Translations under genes and position numbers: made by a program
The notes under the pieces: generated by a model
Database searches by the model: none
What the model saw: the letters and a program-made list of their open reading frames with translations, nothing else
Told to the model about the DNA's origin: nothing
In this document: positions 49,226 through 59,141 of the stretch, piece by piece
Layout: each line of letters begins with the position of its first letter
How positions within the stretch are numbered: the stretch's first letter is position 1
Assembly (NCBI GenBank): GCA_048886685.1
Contig: JBHLKM010000017.1
Location: 1-64,000, forward strand
Direction: 5' to 3'
Length of the DNA stretch: 64,000 nt
From: Candidatus Hodarchaeota archaeon
GTDB lineage: Archaea > Asgardarchaeota > Lokiarchaeia > Sigyniarchaeales > SOKP01

Positions 49226-50113
49226 TTGAGCATGGAAGATACTGTTATAAAAATAGTTCTTGAGGATTTATTAGCACGCTATAAAGATAACATTATTGCA
49301 ATTTATGGAATAGGAAGTTATTTTGATGAGGAGATTCCTGCTTCAAGGGTAAAACCAGATATTGATCTCGTTGTAATAGCTAAATCTTTAGATTCATTTC
49401 CTGAAGTTGAGTGGACGAATGTGAGATTTAGTAGGAGAAAAATAGAAGGGAAAGAAGTATGGATTGGCTTTAACACATTAGAAGGATTCCAAAATAAAGA
49501 AATTTTTAGTAAACAATCATTTTCAAATTTCGAGTGGAGTGTTTTAGATATCAAATATCCTGAAAACTCTTCACTATTATATGGTAAAGATATTCGAGAC
49601 CAACTACCTGAAATTCAACGATCCCAATTTGATTTCGGCGACATATTAGCGCGAGGTCTGTATCATCTTGATAAGAGTCTTGGCGAACAAGACCAAAATA
49701 TTGCTATGAGAAAGTTTTCAAAAGGAGTGTTTAAAACTGGCTTCTATTTGTGTATCTATTTTAACGAGGGTTTCAGAGATACAGGAATCCTACAAATTGG
49801 AAATAAACTAAAAGAAATATGCGAAATAGTAAAAAGAATTGGGGATATTCTAGGATATTTCGAAGAAACTATAATTTATAGAAGTACTGGTCATTTTATG
49901 ACTGAATTCGAGAAGCTCAGAAAAGAATTCATAAATTTCATTTTTTCCTTGTTAGAAACTGGAGGTTTACATAAAAAAATGACCGCTTCTGAATTAAAAG
50001 ATTATTTGGCTACTTCTTTTAGTGGATTCGCTCATCTAATACATTTTCTTAAGAAATCCGAGACAATTAAAGAATCACAATTACGTAAAAAGGAAGCAAA
50101 TTATCATTGTTAA
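49226..50113 (+). CDS. Pol-beta-superfamily nucleotidyltransferase with a helical C-terminal domain
   Basis: IIAIYGIGSYF...PDIDLVVI (GS + DxD), LLYGKD, then an all-helical region. Confidence 0.75.
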   Translation: MSMEDTVIKIVLEDLLARYKDNIIAIYGIGSYFDEEIPASRVKPDIDLVVIAKSLDSFPEVEWTNVRFSRRKIEGKEVWIGFNTLEGFQNKEIFSKQSFSNFEWSVLDIKYPENSSLLYGKDIRDQLPEIQRSQFDFGDILARGLYHLDKSLGEQDQNIAMRKFSKGVFKTGFYLCIYFNEGFRDTGILQIGNKLKEICEIVKRIGDILGYFEETIIYRSTGHFMTEFEKLRKEFINFIFSLLETGGLHKKMTASELKDYLATSFSGFAHLIHFLKKSETIKESQLRKKEANYHC

Positions 50114-50543
50114 TACAAATATAATTACTACTAAATTGATCTTAGCTATTCTTTTTTCTATTTTAAGTCACCATAAATTTTTTCAAAAGATTCCTTGATC
50201 AATAATGATCAAAAACTGAATATATCTTTTTAATTTAAAAAGATTCTTTCGAAAATAACTAGTAAAAGGTGAAAGAATAGTATTGAAACATATATTTTGG
50301 TGGTAAAGATTGGCGAATTACTAGTAAAATTAAAAGAGCTAATAAGTTTGACTCTGATCGATTCAAAAGGAGTACTGATTAGTTCTGAACAATCCTAACA
50401 AGCAAATTTAATCATTTTCTTTTACTTTTCCAAAAGTGTTAAAACTTATAGAAAAAAAGTAAATATATATAAAGAATTTTTACGTTTTAGTATCTTAGAT
50501 GTGTTTATTGTTCCAATTAAGAAGAAAGCTATATTCATAGGAG

Positions 50544-52919
50544 GTGGATGTGTTTTTGGTTTCTTTAAATATTAAATTAGAGAATTTTGAAGAAGAATGT
50601 ATAAAAAGTATTGATTCAATATTCGATGCCTATTTTTTAATCTCAAAAGCAAATATAGTAATGGTTTATAGAATTAAAGACAAACTTCTTAATTTATATT
50701 TTGGTAAAGAAAATCTTCAAGGAGAAGATATTATCAATTTATTCAATTTTCAAATTCAACATGATCGAAAGAAAGAATTTAAACGAAGAATTTTAGAAAA
50801 AAAACCTCAAGTATTTGAGTTTAGTATAAGGGTAAATGATCGATTTGTTTATTATAATGTATTTATCTTTATTTTAGCTAATGACCGAATGCTCATTAGT
50901 TTTCGTAATATTGATTCTCATAAGAAAATTGAGCTTGATTTGGCTGAAGAAAGAAACGCATTAAAAAATATTATCGAATTAAATCCTTATGCTATTGAAA
51001 TAAAGGATGTTGAGGGACGTCATGTCAGTGCTAATAAAGCGTTCATAGATATGTTTAAATCTGTGGCTCCACCTGAATACTCTATCTTTAAAGATCCTCA
51101 CCTCAAAAAAAGAGGATTATTGGATAAAATTTTAAAATTAAGGGAAGGTAAGGTTGTTATAATGGGAGAACATTGGTATGATGTTCGCGACTCCGCAAGA
51201 GAAGCTGGTTTTAATTTAGAGGATTATCCGAGCTCACCAATTTGCCATAAAGCCGTTGCGTTTCCAATCTTTGACAGAGAGGGTAAAATAAAGAATTATA
51301 TTATGATGCATGAAGATATTACTGCGCGTAAGATAGCTGAGAGAAAACTGCGTGAGAGTGAAGAAAGATTTCGCACTCTAGTCGAAACTACTAGTGATTG
51401 GATTTGGGAAGTGGATGCAAATTCCGTATTTACTTATATAAGTCCAAAAATTAGAGATATATTAGGATATGATCCAGAAGAAATGATTGGCAAAACACCT
51501 TTTGATTTAATGCCTTTAGATGAAGCAGAACATGTACAAAATATTTTTCAAACCATACTTGAATCCGATAAATCTTTTAAAATACTTGAAAATACAAATA
51601 TACATAAGAATGGAAGTTCAATAGTAATTGAAACAAGTGGAGTGCCAATTTTTGATGAAAACCGGCAGCTTTTAGGTTATCGTGGCATCAGCCGTGATAT
51701 TACCAAGCATAAAAAAGCAGAACAGAAATTAAAAGAATCTGAAGAAATGTATCGGAATTTATTTAATAGTACGCCCTATGCAATTTGGCTCGTAGATTTA
51801 AAAGGGAAAATAATTGATTGCAATGAAACTATGGATAAATTTCTAGCAATATTTAAATATAGTGATTTAATAGGAAAGTCTTTTAGAGATGTACTTAAAA
51901 TGTTTGCACGTGAAGGTGATCCAAGATTTGAAAATTTAGAGAAACTTATGAGAGATAGATTTAAAATATTACTAAAAAAAGGATACATTAAACCTATTGA
52001 ATTCGAAATTAATAGGGGTGATGGTAAAAGCTTTTGGATAACCTTAGAATCGTCCTTTGTCAAAATCGGTGAAAAAAGACTTATTCAAACATTTATTAAG
52101 GATATTACAGAGAAAAAATTAGCTGAAATTGAATTAGAAGATTTAAGGAGAGATTTAGAAAAAAGAGTAAAAGAGAGAACTATCAAGCTGGAAAATTCAG
52201 AAAAAAAATATCGGATGGCGTATAATAGAGCAAATTGTTTTAAAGGACTGTTTACTCATGATATTTCTAATATGTTTCATACAATTGGTAATTCTATAGA
52301 TCTATGTGATGTTTTATTAAAAGAGGGAGTGAAAAATGATAATCTGATTGATTATTTTGATGTAATTGAGCAACAAATTAATAGAGGAAAAAGATTAATA
52401 AATAATATTAAAAGCTTATCAGAAATCGAGGAATCTGAGATACCCTTAGTATCTACAGAGGTTTTTGACAAACTGAGAAGCGCTATTCAATTTGTTAAAA
52501 TAAATTTCCAGAAGCGAGATATTAGCTTCAATATTGAGTCGGATTTTGATGAGATTTATGTACTTGCTAATGACTTATTACTTGATGTATTTGAAAATAT
52601 TCTTATTAACTCTGTACTTTATAATAAAAATGAATCCATAGAAATTGAAATTAACATTTCTAAATTGAGAGAAAATGAGATATCATATATTAAATTAGAA
52701 TTTAAAGATAATGGTATTGGTATAAAAGATAATAGAAAAAGTCTCATATTCATGGAGAATTATAAAAAAAGAACTGAATCTAAAGGTATGGGACTTGGAC
52801 TTTCTTTAGTCGCAAAATTTTTAGACCTTTGTGAGGGTAAAATCTGGGTTGAGGATAGAGTTAAAGGAGATTATAGTCAAGGAAGCAATTTTATTATTTT
52901 AATACCAGAAGTAGAATAA
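50544..52919 (+). CDS. Cytoplasmic multi-PAS sensor histidine kinase
   Basis: Three PAS/PAC repeats ending in DIT; H-box FTHDISN; N-box NILINS; FKDNGIGI; GMGLGL. Confidence 0.93.
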   Translation: MDVFLVSLNIKLENFEEECIKSIDSIFDAYFLISKANIVMVYRIKDKLLNLYFGKENLQGEDIINLFNFQIQHDRKKEFKRRILEKKPQVFEFSIRVNDRFVYYNVFIFILANDRMLISFRNIDSHKKIELDLAEERNALKNIIELNPYAIEIKDVEGRHVSANKAFIDMFKSVAPPEYSIFKDPHLKKRGLLDKILKLREGKVVIMGEHWYDVRDSAREAGFNLEDYPSSPICHKAVAFPIFDREGKIKNYIMMHEDITARKIAERKLRESEERFRTLVETTSDWIWEVDANSVFTYISPKIRDILGYDPEEMIGKTPFDLMPLDEAEHVQNIFQTILESDKSFKILENTNIHKNGSSIVIETSGVPIFDENRQLLGYRGISRDITKHKKAEQKLKESEEMYRNLFNSTPYAIWLVDLKGKIIDCNETMDKFLAIFKYSDLIGKSFRDVLKMFAREGDPRFENLEKLMRDRFKILLKKGYIKPIEFEINRGDGKSFWITLESSFVKIGEKRLIQTFIKDITEKKLAEIELEDLRRDLEKRVKERTIKLENSEKKYRMAYNRANCFKGLFTHDISNMFHTIGNSIDLCDVLLKEGVKNDNLIDYFDVIEQQINRGKRLINNIKSLSEIEESEIPLVSTEVFDKLRSAIQFVKINFQKRDISFNIESDFDEIYVLANDLLLDVFENILINSVLYNKNESIEIEINISKLRENEISYIKLEFKDNGIGIKDNRKSLIFMENYKKRTESKGMGLGLSLVAKFLDLCEGKIWVEDRVKGDYSQGSNFIILIPEVE

Positions 52920-52979
52920 TTTGGGATAGATTTAAAAATATTATTAATTATAAACTAGAAATCTAAAATATATTCAAAT

Positions 52980-53807
52980 ATGAATGATAAACAGCCTAAA
53001 GAAATAAAAAAATCGAAAAAAGAAGTAAAATGGTATACATATGTAGATTCTTCACTCAATAATAAATTAAAAGAGTTCATGAAACAATATAACATCAAAA
53101 ATCAAGCAAAAATAATAAGAGATTCCGTTAATTACTATTTGGATTATGTAGAGCGAGTATTAGAAAAATCTACTGAAACAAAAGATTTTAATGAGAAGAT
53201 TATTGATGATTTTATTAGAGAAGCGATTGATGGTTATGAATTAAGTAATACTTTTTATGCAGAGTTAAAACAGAAACTTTCACCACTCAAGGTATCAATT
53301 CTGATGTTAAATAGCTTTTTAAATGAACCAAATAAATTATCTGAAAGTATTGACAATGTTAAGCAGGCTTCACTTGAATTAGAAAGTTCAATAAAACGGC
53401 GTTTTGAAGAACCAAAATTTATAAGACATATAAAAAAATTTGATATCTTATATATTGAAGATAATGAACTGGAACGAACCACGGTTAAAAAATATTTCAA
53501 GACTAAAGGTGTAAATATTAAAGCTGTCGAAACTTCTGAAGAGGGATTAGATATTTTAAAAACGTCTACTCCTCAAGCTATCTTACTCGATATTGATTTA
53601 AAGACAAGTAATATTAATGGAATAAAATTGAGTCAAATACTAAAAAATAAAGTGGAATACAGAGAAATTCCAATTATATTAATATCTGCGGTTATTTCAG
53701 AAAAAGAAAAGAAGAAGGTATTAAAAATTTCTCAAGCAGACGATATAATTATTAAACCTATTGATAAACTAACAGATTTAGATGTACTATTGAAATTTCT
53801 CAAATAG
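52980..53807 (+). CDS. Response regulator: N-terminal RHH, degenerate HisKA-like hairpin, C-terminal receiver
   Basis: WYTYVDSSLNNKLKEFMKQYNIKNQAKIIRDSVNYYL; FYAELKQKLSPLKVSILML; ILYIEDN...ILLDIDL...ILISA...IIKP. Confidence 0.8.
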   Translation: MNDKQPKEIKKSKKEVKWYTYVDSSLNNKLKEFMKQYNIKNQAKIIRDSVNYYLDYVERVLEKSTETKDFNEKIIDDFIREAIDGYELSNTFYAELKQKLSPLKVSILMLNSFLNEPNKLSESIDNVKQASLELESSIKRRFEEPKFIRHIKKFDILYIEDNELERTTVKKYFKTKGVNIKAVETSEEGLDILKTSTPQAILLDIDLKTSNINGIKLSQILKNKVEYREIPIILISAVISEKEKKKVLKISQADDIIIKPIDKLTDLDVLLKFLK

Positions 53808-53945
53808 GTTATTGATTTGTATTTTAAATTTATTTTATTAATATAAAATTCAGAAAATCTTATTTCCGAATAAGTGATATTTATGGATTAATAAGATAAA
53901 GTTTCAGGAATAGAAAAATAAAAAAAAAGTGATTGAAAAGATAGG

Positions 53946-54149
53946 TTATAAATCTCGAGCTTTTACAGTTTTTCGGTTATTTCCTTTTGCTCGTGCAACG
54001 GCTTTATCAAGTAGTTCCATGATGATACCATTTAAAGCATCTCCATCAAGAACTCCGCTGCTAGTATTACATCCTTTCCCTTTGATATATTCTCGTACCT
54101 TGGATTTTACATATAACGGTTCAGCACCCTTTTTTGCCAACTTACTCAT
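53946..54149 (-). CDS. Short histone-fold protein (alpha3-truncated / face-to-face type)
   Basis: LYVKSKVREYIK...ALNGIIMELLDKAVARAKGNNRKTVKARDL*; has the RKTV..RD motif and ends right after it. Confidence 0.85.
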   Translation of the reverse strand: MSKLAKKGAEPLYVKSKVREYIKGKGCNTSSGVLDGDALNGIIMELLDKAVARAKGNNRKTVKARDL

Positions 54150-54560
54150 CCTCTTTTTTATTATTTTTTTTAAGAATTTTTTAGAATTTTAATAAAATAC
54201 GGTTTAAAATTGAATTAAATAATTTTTTTGTTAAGTATTAATTTTTCAACTGTATTATTAAATCTTTGTAATTTTAGGACAACATTTTGAAATTCCTTTT
54301 TTTCTACCGAATTTATGGGAGAATTTAAAAGTGGAATTATAACTCTTAAAAACTAAATTAGACAAAAATTCGCAAACTTACTGCTTTTATCTACTTCCAC
54401 TGCTTCTAGCTCTATTGGAAATCAAAATAATTTTATGAATTTTAACTAATTGACTGCATTTTCGCAAAATAAACTTATTGAGTCTTGAAGAGTGGGAATA
54501 TTATAAAAAAAAAGATAAAGGTTGTTATTTTGTTTGTATGAAGTGAAAATGTAAATCTCT

Positions 54561-54839
54561 TTATTTTGGTGGTGCTAGTACAATTTCAATGCTTGAAACA
54601 TTGTTATTTTGCCCATTTTCCCCTTCTAATTGTTCAGTGCTTAGTTTGATGTCCTTATACTCAGTACCCTTTAAGAATCTATTTCTGAGAATTTCACACA
54701 CATCAACTGCATGTGAAATAGCTCTCCCTCGGGCTTTGACAGTGCATTCTTCACCTTTATTAAGGATCATCATAGTGGCCATCACATAGTTCATAGTTGG
54801 ACGACGGCCAACAAAGACAGCATTTTCTTCTTTTGCCAT
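54561..54839 (-). CDS. albA: DNA/RNA-binding protein Alba
   Basis: [36 protein letters not shown]; GAGG upstream. Confidence 0.95.
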   Translation of the reverse strand: MAKEENAVFVGRRPTMNYVMATMMILNKGEECTVKARGRAISHAVDVCEILRNRFLKGTEYKDIKLSTEQLEGENGQNNNVSSIEIVLAPPK

Positions 54840-54907
54840 ATTTATTTCCTCTTTTGTTTTTAATTTTTAATTGTATATCTATATTTCATATAGTTTTTTT
54901 GCGTTTC

Positions 54908-54958
54908 CGTATTACGTATTAAAGTTTTCTCGTAATTCTAATTTCAAATTACGGTAAT
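54908..54958 (-). promoter_or_regulatory. Candidate alba promoter (BRE-TATA-like) flanked by CGTA/TACG inverted repeats
   Basis: Minus strand reads GAAAACTTTAATAC; flanked by CGTA-T-TACG (54908-54916) and CGTAATT-N9-AATTACG (54931-54953). Confidence 0.4.
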
Positions 54959-55111
54959 AACATTTTCTTGAAATTTTAGAAATTTTTTAAACTTTATTGT
55001 CTGATTAATAACGAATTTGGATAAATTGTAGCAATTTCTCAATTTAAAACTGTTAAAACCCTTTAAAACTGATTGTAAAAAAGGAAAAAAAAGTAGAGTT
55101 ATTTTGATTAT

Positions 55112-55351
55112 TTATAAGCCTGATAATCTTACGCCAAGATAGAATAGAAGCCAAGAGAAAAATAATACAATTATCGCAATTAAGCCCCATGTTTGATATT
55201 GATCGAAATCTCCAAGCGTTAATTCTATATGGACTAATAACTCATTAGTTTCTGGTAATAAAAATAGTATATCGATTATAATAAATAACCCGAATGCTAA
55301 TAAAAGGAAGCTTATAAACACTGTAAATTTAGTTGGTGGTGTCCATCCCAT
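55112..55351 (-). CDS. Small 2-TM membrane protein
   Basis: 79 aa, two hydrophobic helices, AAGGG upstream. Confidence 0.7.
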   Translation of the reverse strand: MGWTPPTKFTVFISFLLLAFGLFIIIDILFLLPETNELLVHIELTLGDFDQYQTWGLIAIIVLFFSWLLFYLGVRLSGL

Positions 55352-55453
55352 TTGCTTATCCCTTTTTTTATTAATTTCTGATTAATTTTAGAGATTTTAT
55401 TGAAAAGAACTAGCATTATATTATTTACTCTATATTTTATAAATCTACTCTAT

Positions 55454-56128
55454 TTAATTATTTTTAGTGAAATCAATATCAATCTCTTTTTTAATTTTTT
55501 CTTCATTGTAAATTATATTTTTACTTTCTATTTCTTCCTCATCCTCTTCTTTTTTAGCTAGGTCATAAATCAAGCTAATAACAAGTAATACTGAGACAAT
55601 TACAAGGAGAGGAATTAATAATCCTGAATCTGTTAATGCAATTTTTACCCAACCTATATATGGTATCCTACCTACAACTACACCAAGAATTCTTGTTTCG
55701 GGTACCCAGACTGCATCAGGATAAGGATTTGCATCTCCTTTCGTTAAAAAAAACCAACCATTATCATACATCTTATCGATAACTCGATGAACAATGGGTT
55801 CACTCGGAGGTTTAATCCATCCCAATAGTCCGCGTGCATCAAAAACAATAATATCTCCTTCTTTTCCTTCGATTGTACCATTTTTTATATTTTCAGCATC
55901 TTTTCCTCTTAAAAATAACAAATCTCCTTTATGTAGGTTAGGTTCCATAGAACCTGAAACAACGACTACCATTGGTGTTTTGGTATTTAATGAAACTTGC
56001 ATTATAAAGTAAACTAAAAAAGCTCCAGAAAAAGCAACACCCAGTAAAATTACTGCTACAAATATCTTTCTTTTTAATGAAGTTTCTTTTTCATATTTGA
56101 CTGGTGCTTTTATGTTTTTTCTCTTCAT
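55454..56128 (-). CDS. sec11: Signal peptidase I, archaeal/ER (Sec11, S26B) type
   Basis: VVVSGSMEP, GDIIVF, PIVHRV, TKGDAN..PD, IPYIGW. Confidence 0.93.
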   Translation of the reverse strand: MKRKNIKAPVKYEKETSLKRKIFVAVILLGVAFSGAFLVYFIMQVSLNTKTPMVVVVSGSMEPNLHKGDLLFLRGKDAENIKNGTIEGKEGDIIVFDARGLLGWIKPPSEPIVHRVIDKMYDNGWFFLTKGDANPYPDAVWVPETRILGVVVGRIPYIGWVKIALTDSGLLIPLLVIVSVLLVISLIYDLAKKEEDEEEIESKNIIYNEEKIKKEIDIDFTKNN

Positions 56129-56363
56129 AGTTATATTTTTATCGTCTTATGGACTATGTAATTAAAACTATAATTAAAATTTTCTATAATCAATGAATCT
56201 ATTGACAAAAAATAACAAAAAAATGCTATAGTTCTAAGATTTTGTTCTCTTGCCGTTCGTTTAAACAATAGAAGTTTCACAAAGTAAACCCTCAACAGAA
56301 AGTAGAAAAGCTAAATTAGAAGGAGATGAATTTGAAGTCATCTCAGAATCCTGTAATAATAGT

Positions 56364-56561
56364 GTGGTAGTTCTTGAAAATCCCATTAGACGTAAAATGT
56401 GTCCTACTTGTGGAAATGAGGGATTAATTCATGAAGTAGATGACAAAAACATCATTTTATTAGATTATCTCCGAATATCTGGTAAGAAAAACTACTGTCC
56501 TAAATGTGGATATGAATGGTGGAAGTTAATAAACCCAAATAATGCTTTAGAGTGTATTTAA
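56364..56561 (+). CDS. Small zinc-ribbon protein, paralogue of 7302-7493 (start uncertain; may be a remnant)
   Basis: RRKMCPTCG...IHEVDDK..I..DY.RI.GKK.YCPKCGYEW; frame is open from 56265 without an ATG. Confidence 0.6.
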   Translation: MVVLENPIRRKMCPTCGNEGLIHEVDDKNIILLDYLRISGKKNYCPKCGYEWWKLINPNNALECI

Positions 56562-56633
56562 ATATAGTCTTAAATACTATATTATTCAATGTGATTATAT
56601 AATTATTTTAAAATTTATTATTTAAAACTCAAA

Positions 56634-57602
56634 TTGATCAAGATGGAAGATTATGCAATTATTTATAACCCAGTAGCGGGGAAAGGGAAAAAAATTAAGA
56701 AAGATATTGAGTATGCTAGTAAGTGTTTAAATGATTTAAACGTTTCATATAAACTAATTGAGAGTGAATATGCTGGAAACGCGATTGAGTTAGCTCTCCA
56801 ATTGGCAAAAGATGGTTATAATGTTATTGGTGCGGGAGGAGATGGAACTTGTAATGAAGTTATGAATGGAATTGTAACTTCGAACACTGATGCATTATGT
56901 GGATTTATTCCAATGGGAACGGGAAATGATATTCCTGCGGCCATCGGAATCCGTCCCGATATTAAGAGAGCGTGTGAAATAATTGCTGAAGGTCATAGCT
57001 CTAAAGCAGATATAGGACTTGCGACTACTGATGCTGGCATTCAGCGCTATTTTTTAGGTATAGGTAGTCAGGGGTTCGATTCAGAAGTGACTAGAAGAGC
57101 AAATGAAGCAAAAAGAAAAAATTATACTACTCAGACATTAAAGGCTTTATTGCCTTGGAAAAACAAAGAAATTAGAGCATTCATGGACAATGACACCTAT
57201 GAGGGAATAGCGAATTGTTTAGCATGTGCCAATGGTCCTAGTTATGGTGGTTTTATGTATATCTGTCAAAGAGCACGAGTAGATGATGGTCTTTTTCATA
57301 TAAATATCGTTAATATTGGTAAATTTAAACTCCTTAAACACTTTAATAGAATGTTTAAAGCTACACTCTTACCACACCCAAATATCTATGAATATACAAG
57401 TAAGAAATTAAGAGTGGAAATGAAAAATCCTGAAGATAACCCATACCATTGCCAAGTTGATGGTGAAGTCTTAGGTCCTTTACCAGTAACATATGAAAAT
57501 ATAGAAAATGGTTTGGAATTTATTCGCCCAAAAGTGAATGAAGTAGCGGAAGCTTTTAAAGAAAAATATGGCAGATATTTCTGGGAATGTGAAGATGATT
57601 AA
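56634..57602 (+). CDS. Diacylglycerol/sphingosine kinase family lipid kinase (YegS/DagK-like)
   Basis: NPVAGKG, GGDGTCNEV, PMGTGND, QVDGE. Confidence 0.92.
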   Translation: MIKMEDYAIIYNPVAGKGKKIKKDIEYASKCLNDLNVSYKLIESEYAGNAIELALQLAKDGYNVIGAGGDGTCNEVMNGIVTSNTDALCGFIPMGTGNDIPAAIGIRPDIKRACEIIAEGHSSKADIGLATTDAGIQRYFLGIGSQGFDSEVTRRANEAKRKNYTTQTLKALLPWKNKEIRAFMDNDTYEGIANCLACANGPSYGGFMYICQRARVDDGLFHINIVNIGKFKLLKHFNRMFKATLLPHPNIYEYTSKKLRVEMKNPEDNPYHCQVDGEVLGPLPVTYENIENGLEFIRPKVNEVAEAFKEKYGRYFWECEDD

Positions 57603-57771
57603 TTTCATCACCCCTCTAAAGACATAAAATAGTATTGATTATATTAAAGAAGTTTGAAGAAGGTAAAGAGAAAGGACTTTTACCCCACTTTTTTTAAATC
57701 TAATCATAGAGCCATTTTAAGGATAAGTAAACAAAATTTGTCCAAAATTGTGTAATTCTAAATATAGCTGA

Positions 57772-59118
57772 ATGTTTAAATTCTTACTTATCCATATTAT
57801 TATTAAATCAATACTTTTTGAGATTCAAGTTTTTAATATGACGAGCACAAAAAATCAAGAGCTTAGCTCAAAATGCTGCTTTGGGTGTATAATTTTAATT
57901 ATTGGGATATCTCTTACTGTTGCCATCCCTACCTTTGCATCTATTAGTGTTTTTTTGATAGTTATAGGTGTGATTGTCATAGTTGTAGAAATTGGTTCAA
58001 AAACAAGGGATATCAGTAAAAGACCATATCCTATTGGTAGCAGAATGCAAAGAGGAGATAAATGCCCTTGGTGTGGAAAAATATTATATGTGAGCTTATC
58101 TGGTGATAAACGCTGTTATAACTGTGGTTATGAATTCCTCCAGAAACTTAAACAGATGCCTACGCCCTCAGAGAAAAAAGTAGATGAATATAAAATACCC
58201 TCTGATGAATCATCGTTCCCTCCTATTACAGAATTATTACAATATAAGAAAACTTCGAAGCTAACCTCAAATGATGTTGAATTAAAGACTGAAGAGATTA
58301 AAACAGTACCAGAGAAAAAAAGGGGAGAATCGTTTAAAACTTGTCCTCACTGTAGGCAAAAGTTGCCTTTAGGATCAAAATTTTGTGCTAGATGCGGTCA
58401 AAAAATTGATGTTCTAAAACCGATTCCAACTACTTCAGCTTTCGATGAAGGGTTGCCTAAGGAAATTCCAACTCAAAAAGTACAGATGCCTCCACAAATA
58501 TCGGGTATAATAGAAATCGATGAGGAGAGTGATTTAAACTGGTTGAAATATCAATATTATGATTTGGGGAGAAGCTTGCAAAATATTGCAGATGAATTAG
58601 GTGTAAGTATGATAAGAATCAGAAATATGCTCAGTAAAATTGAAGTGGTCCCAGAAAAAAAAGAAGCAGAATTGAAGAAAGAAGTTCTTTTATCAAAAAC
58701 TGAAGAAATACAACCAAGCCCATCATTTATAGAAAAAGAAGAACTAGCTATCGAAACCCCAGCCGAAGAAATACAAGCAATAACCCCAATTTCGAAGATC
58801 AAAGAAGATTTAACCTCTATTCAAGAAATTAAAACGACTCCATCAGCTTTGGAAAAAAAGGTAGAAAAGACATATATAACTTGTCCTCACTGCGGGCAGA
58901 AATTAGGGTTAGGAGCTAAATTTTGTGCCAGTTGTGGTCTAAATATTGATGTATTAGAACCCATTCCCCCAAAATTGGATATGGAAGAAATAACAGAAAA
59001 AAAAGTAGAAAAACCTAAAAAAGAACTCCATGTCTGTAAATTCTGTGGAATGAGAATTCCCAAGAATAATACTTTTTGTATACAATGCGGAATGGTAATT
59101 AAAACTAAAATCACATAG
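57772..59118 (+). CDS. Membrane-anchored multi zinc-ribbon protein with a central HTH-like segment (likely start ATG 57838)
   Basis: Two N-terminal TMs; four CxxC...CxxC units; YYDLGRSLQNIADELGVSMIRIRNML. Confidence 0.75.
   Translation: MFKFLLIHIIIKSILFEIQVFNMTSTKNQELSSKCCFGCIILIIGISLTVAIPTFASISVFLIVIGVIVIVVEIGSKTRDISKRPYPIGSRMQRGDKCPWCGKILYVSLSGDKRCYNCGYEFLQKLKQMPTPSEKKVDEYKIPSDESSFPPITELLQYKKTSKLTSNDVELKTEEIKTVPEKKRGESFKTCPHCRQKLPLGSKFCARCGQKIDVLKPIPTTSAFDEGLPKEIPTQKVQMPPQISGIIEIDEESDLNWLKYQYYDLGRSLQNIADELGVSMIRIRNMLSKIEVVPEKKEAELKKEVLLSKTEEIQPSPSFIEKEELAIETPAEEIQAITPISKIKEDLTSIQEIKTTPSALEKKVEKTYITCPHCGQKLGLGAKFCASCGLNIDVLEPIPPKLDMEEITEKKVEKPKKELHVCKFCGMRIPKNNTFCIQCGMVIKTKIT
58338..58967 (+). 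repeat. Intragenic ~90-bp imperfect direct repeat (58338-58427 and 58878-58967)
   Basis: Both copies begin AACTTGTCCTCACTG, lie exactly 540 bp apart, and encode TCPHCRQKLPLGSKFCARCGQKIDVLKPIP and TCPHCGQKLGLGAKFCASCGLNIDVLEPIP. Confidence 0.85.
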
Positions 59119-59141
59119 GGTTTTTGTCTAATTTTTCCAAT

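Noticed and set aside
50297-50398. 33-codon ORF with a faint roadblock-like strand (ELISLTLIDSKGVLISS)
   Set aside because: Far shorter than a roadblock domain; the similarity is too weak to support a call.
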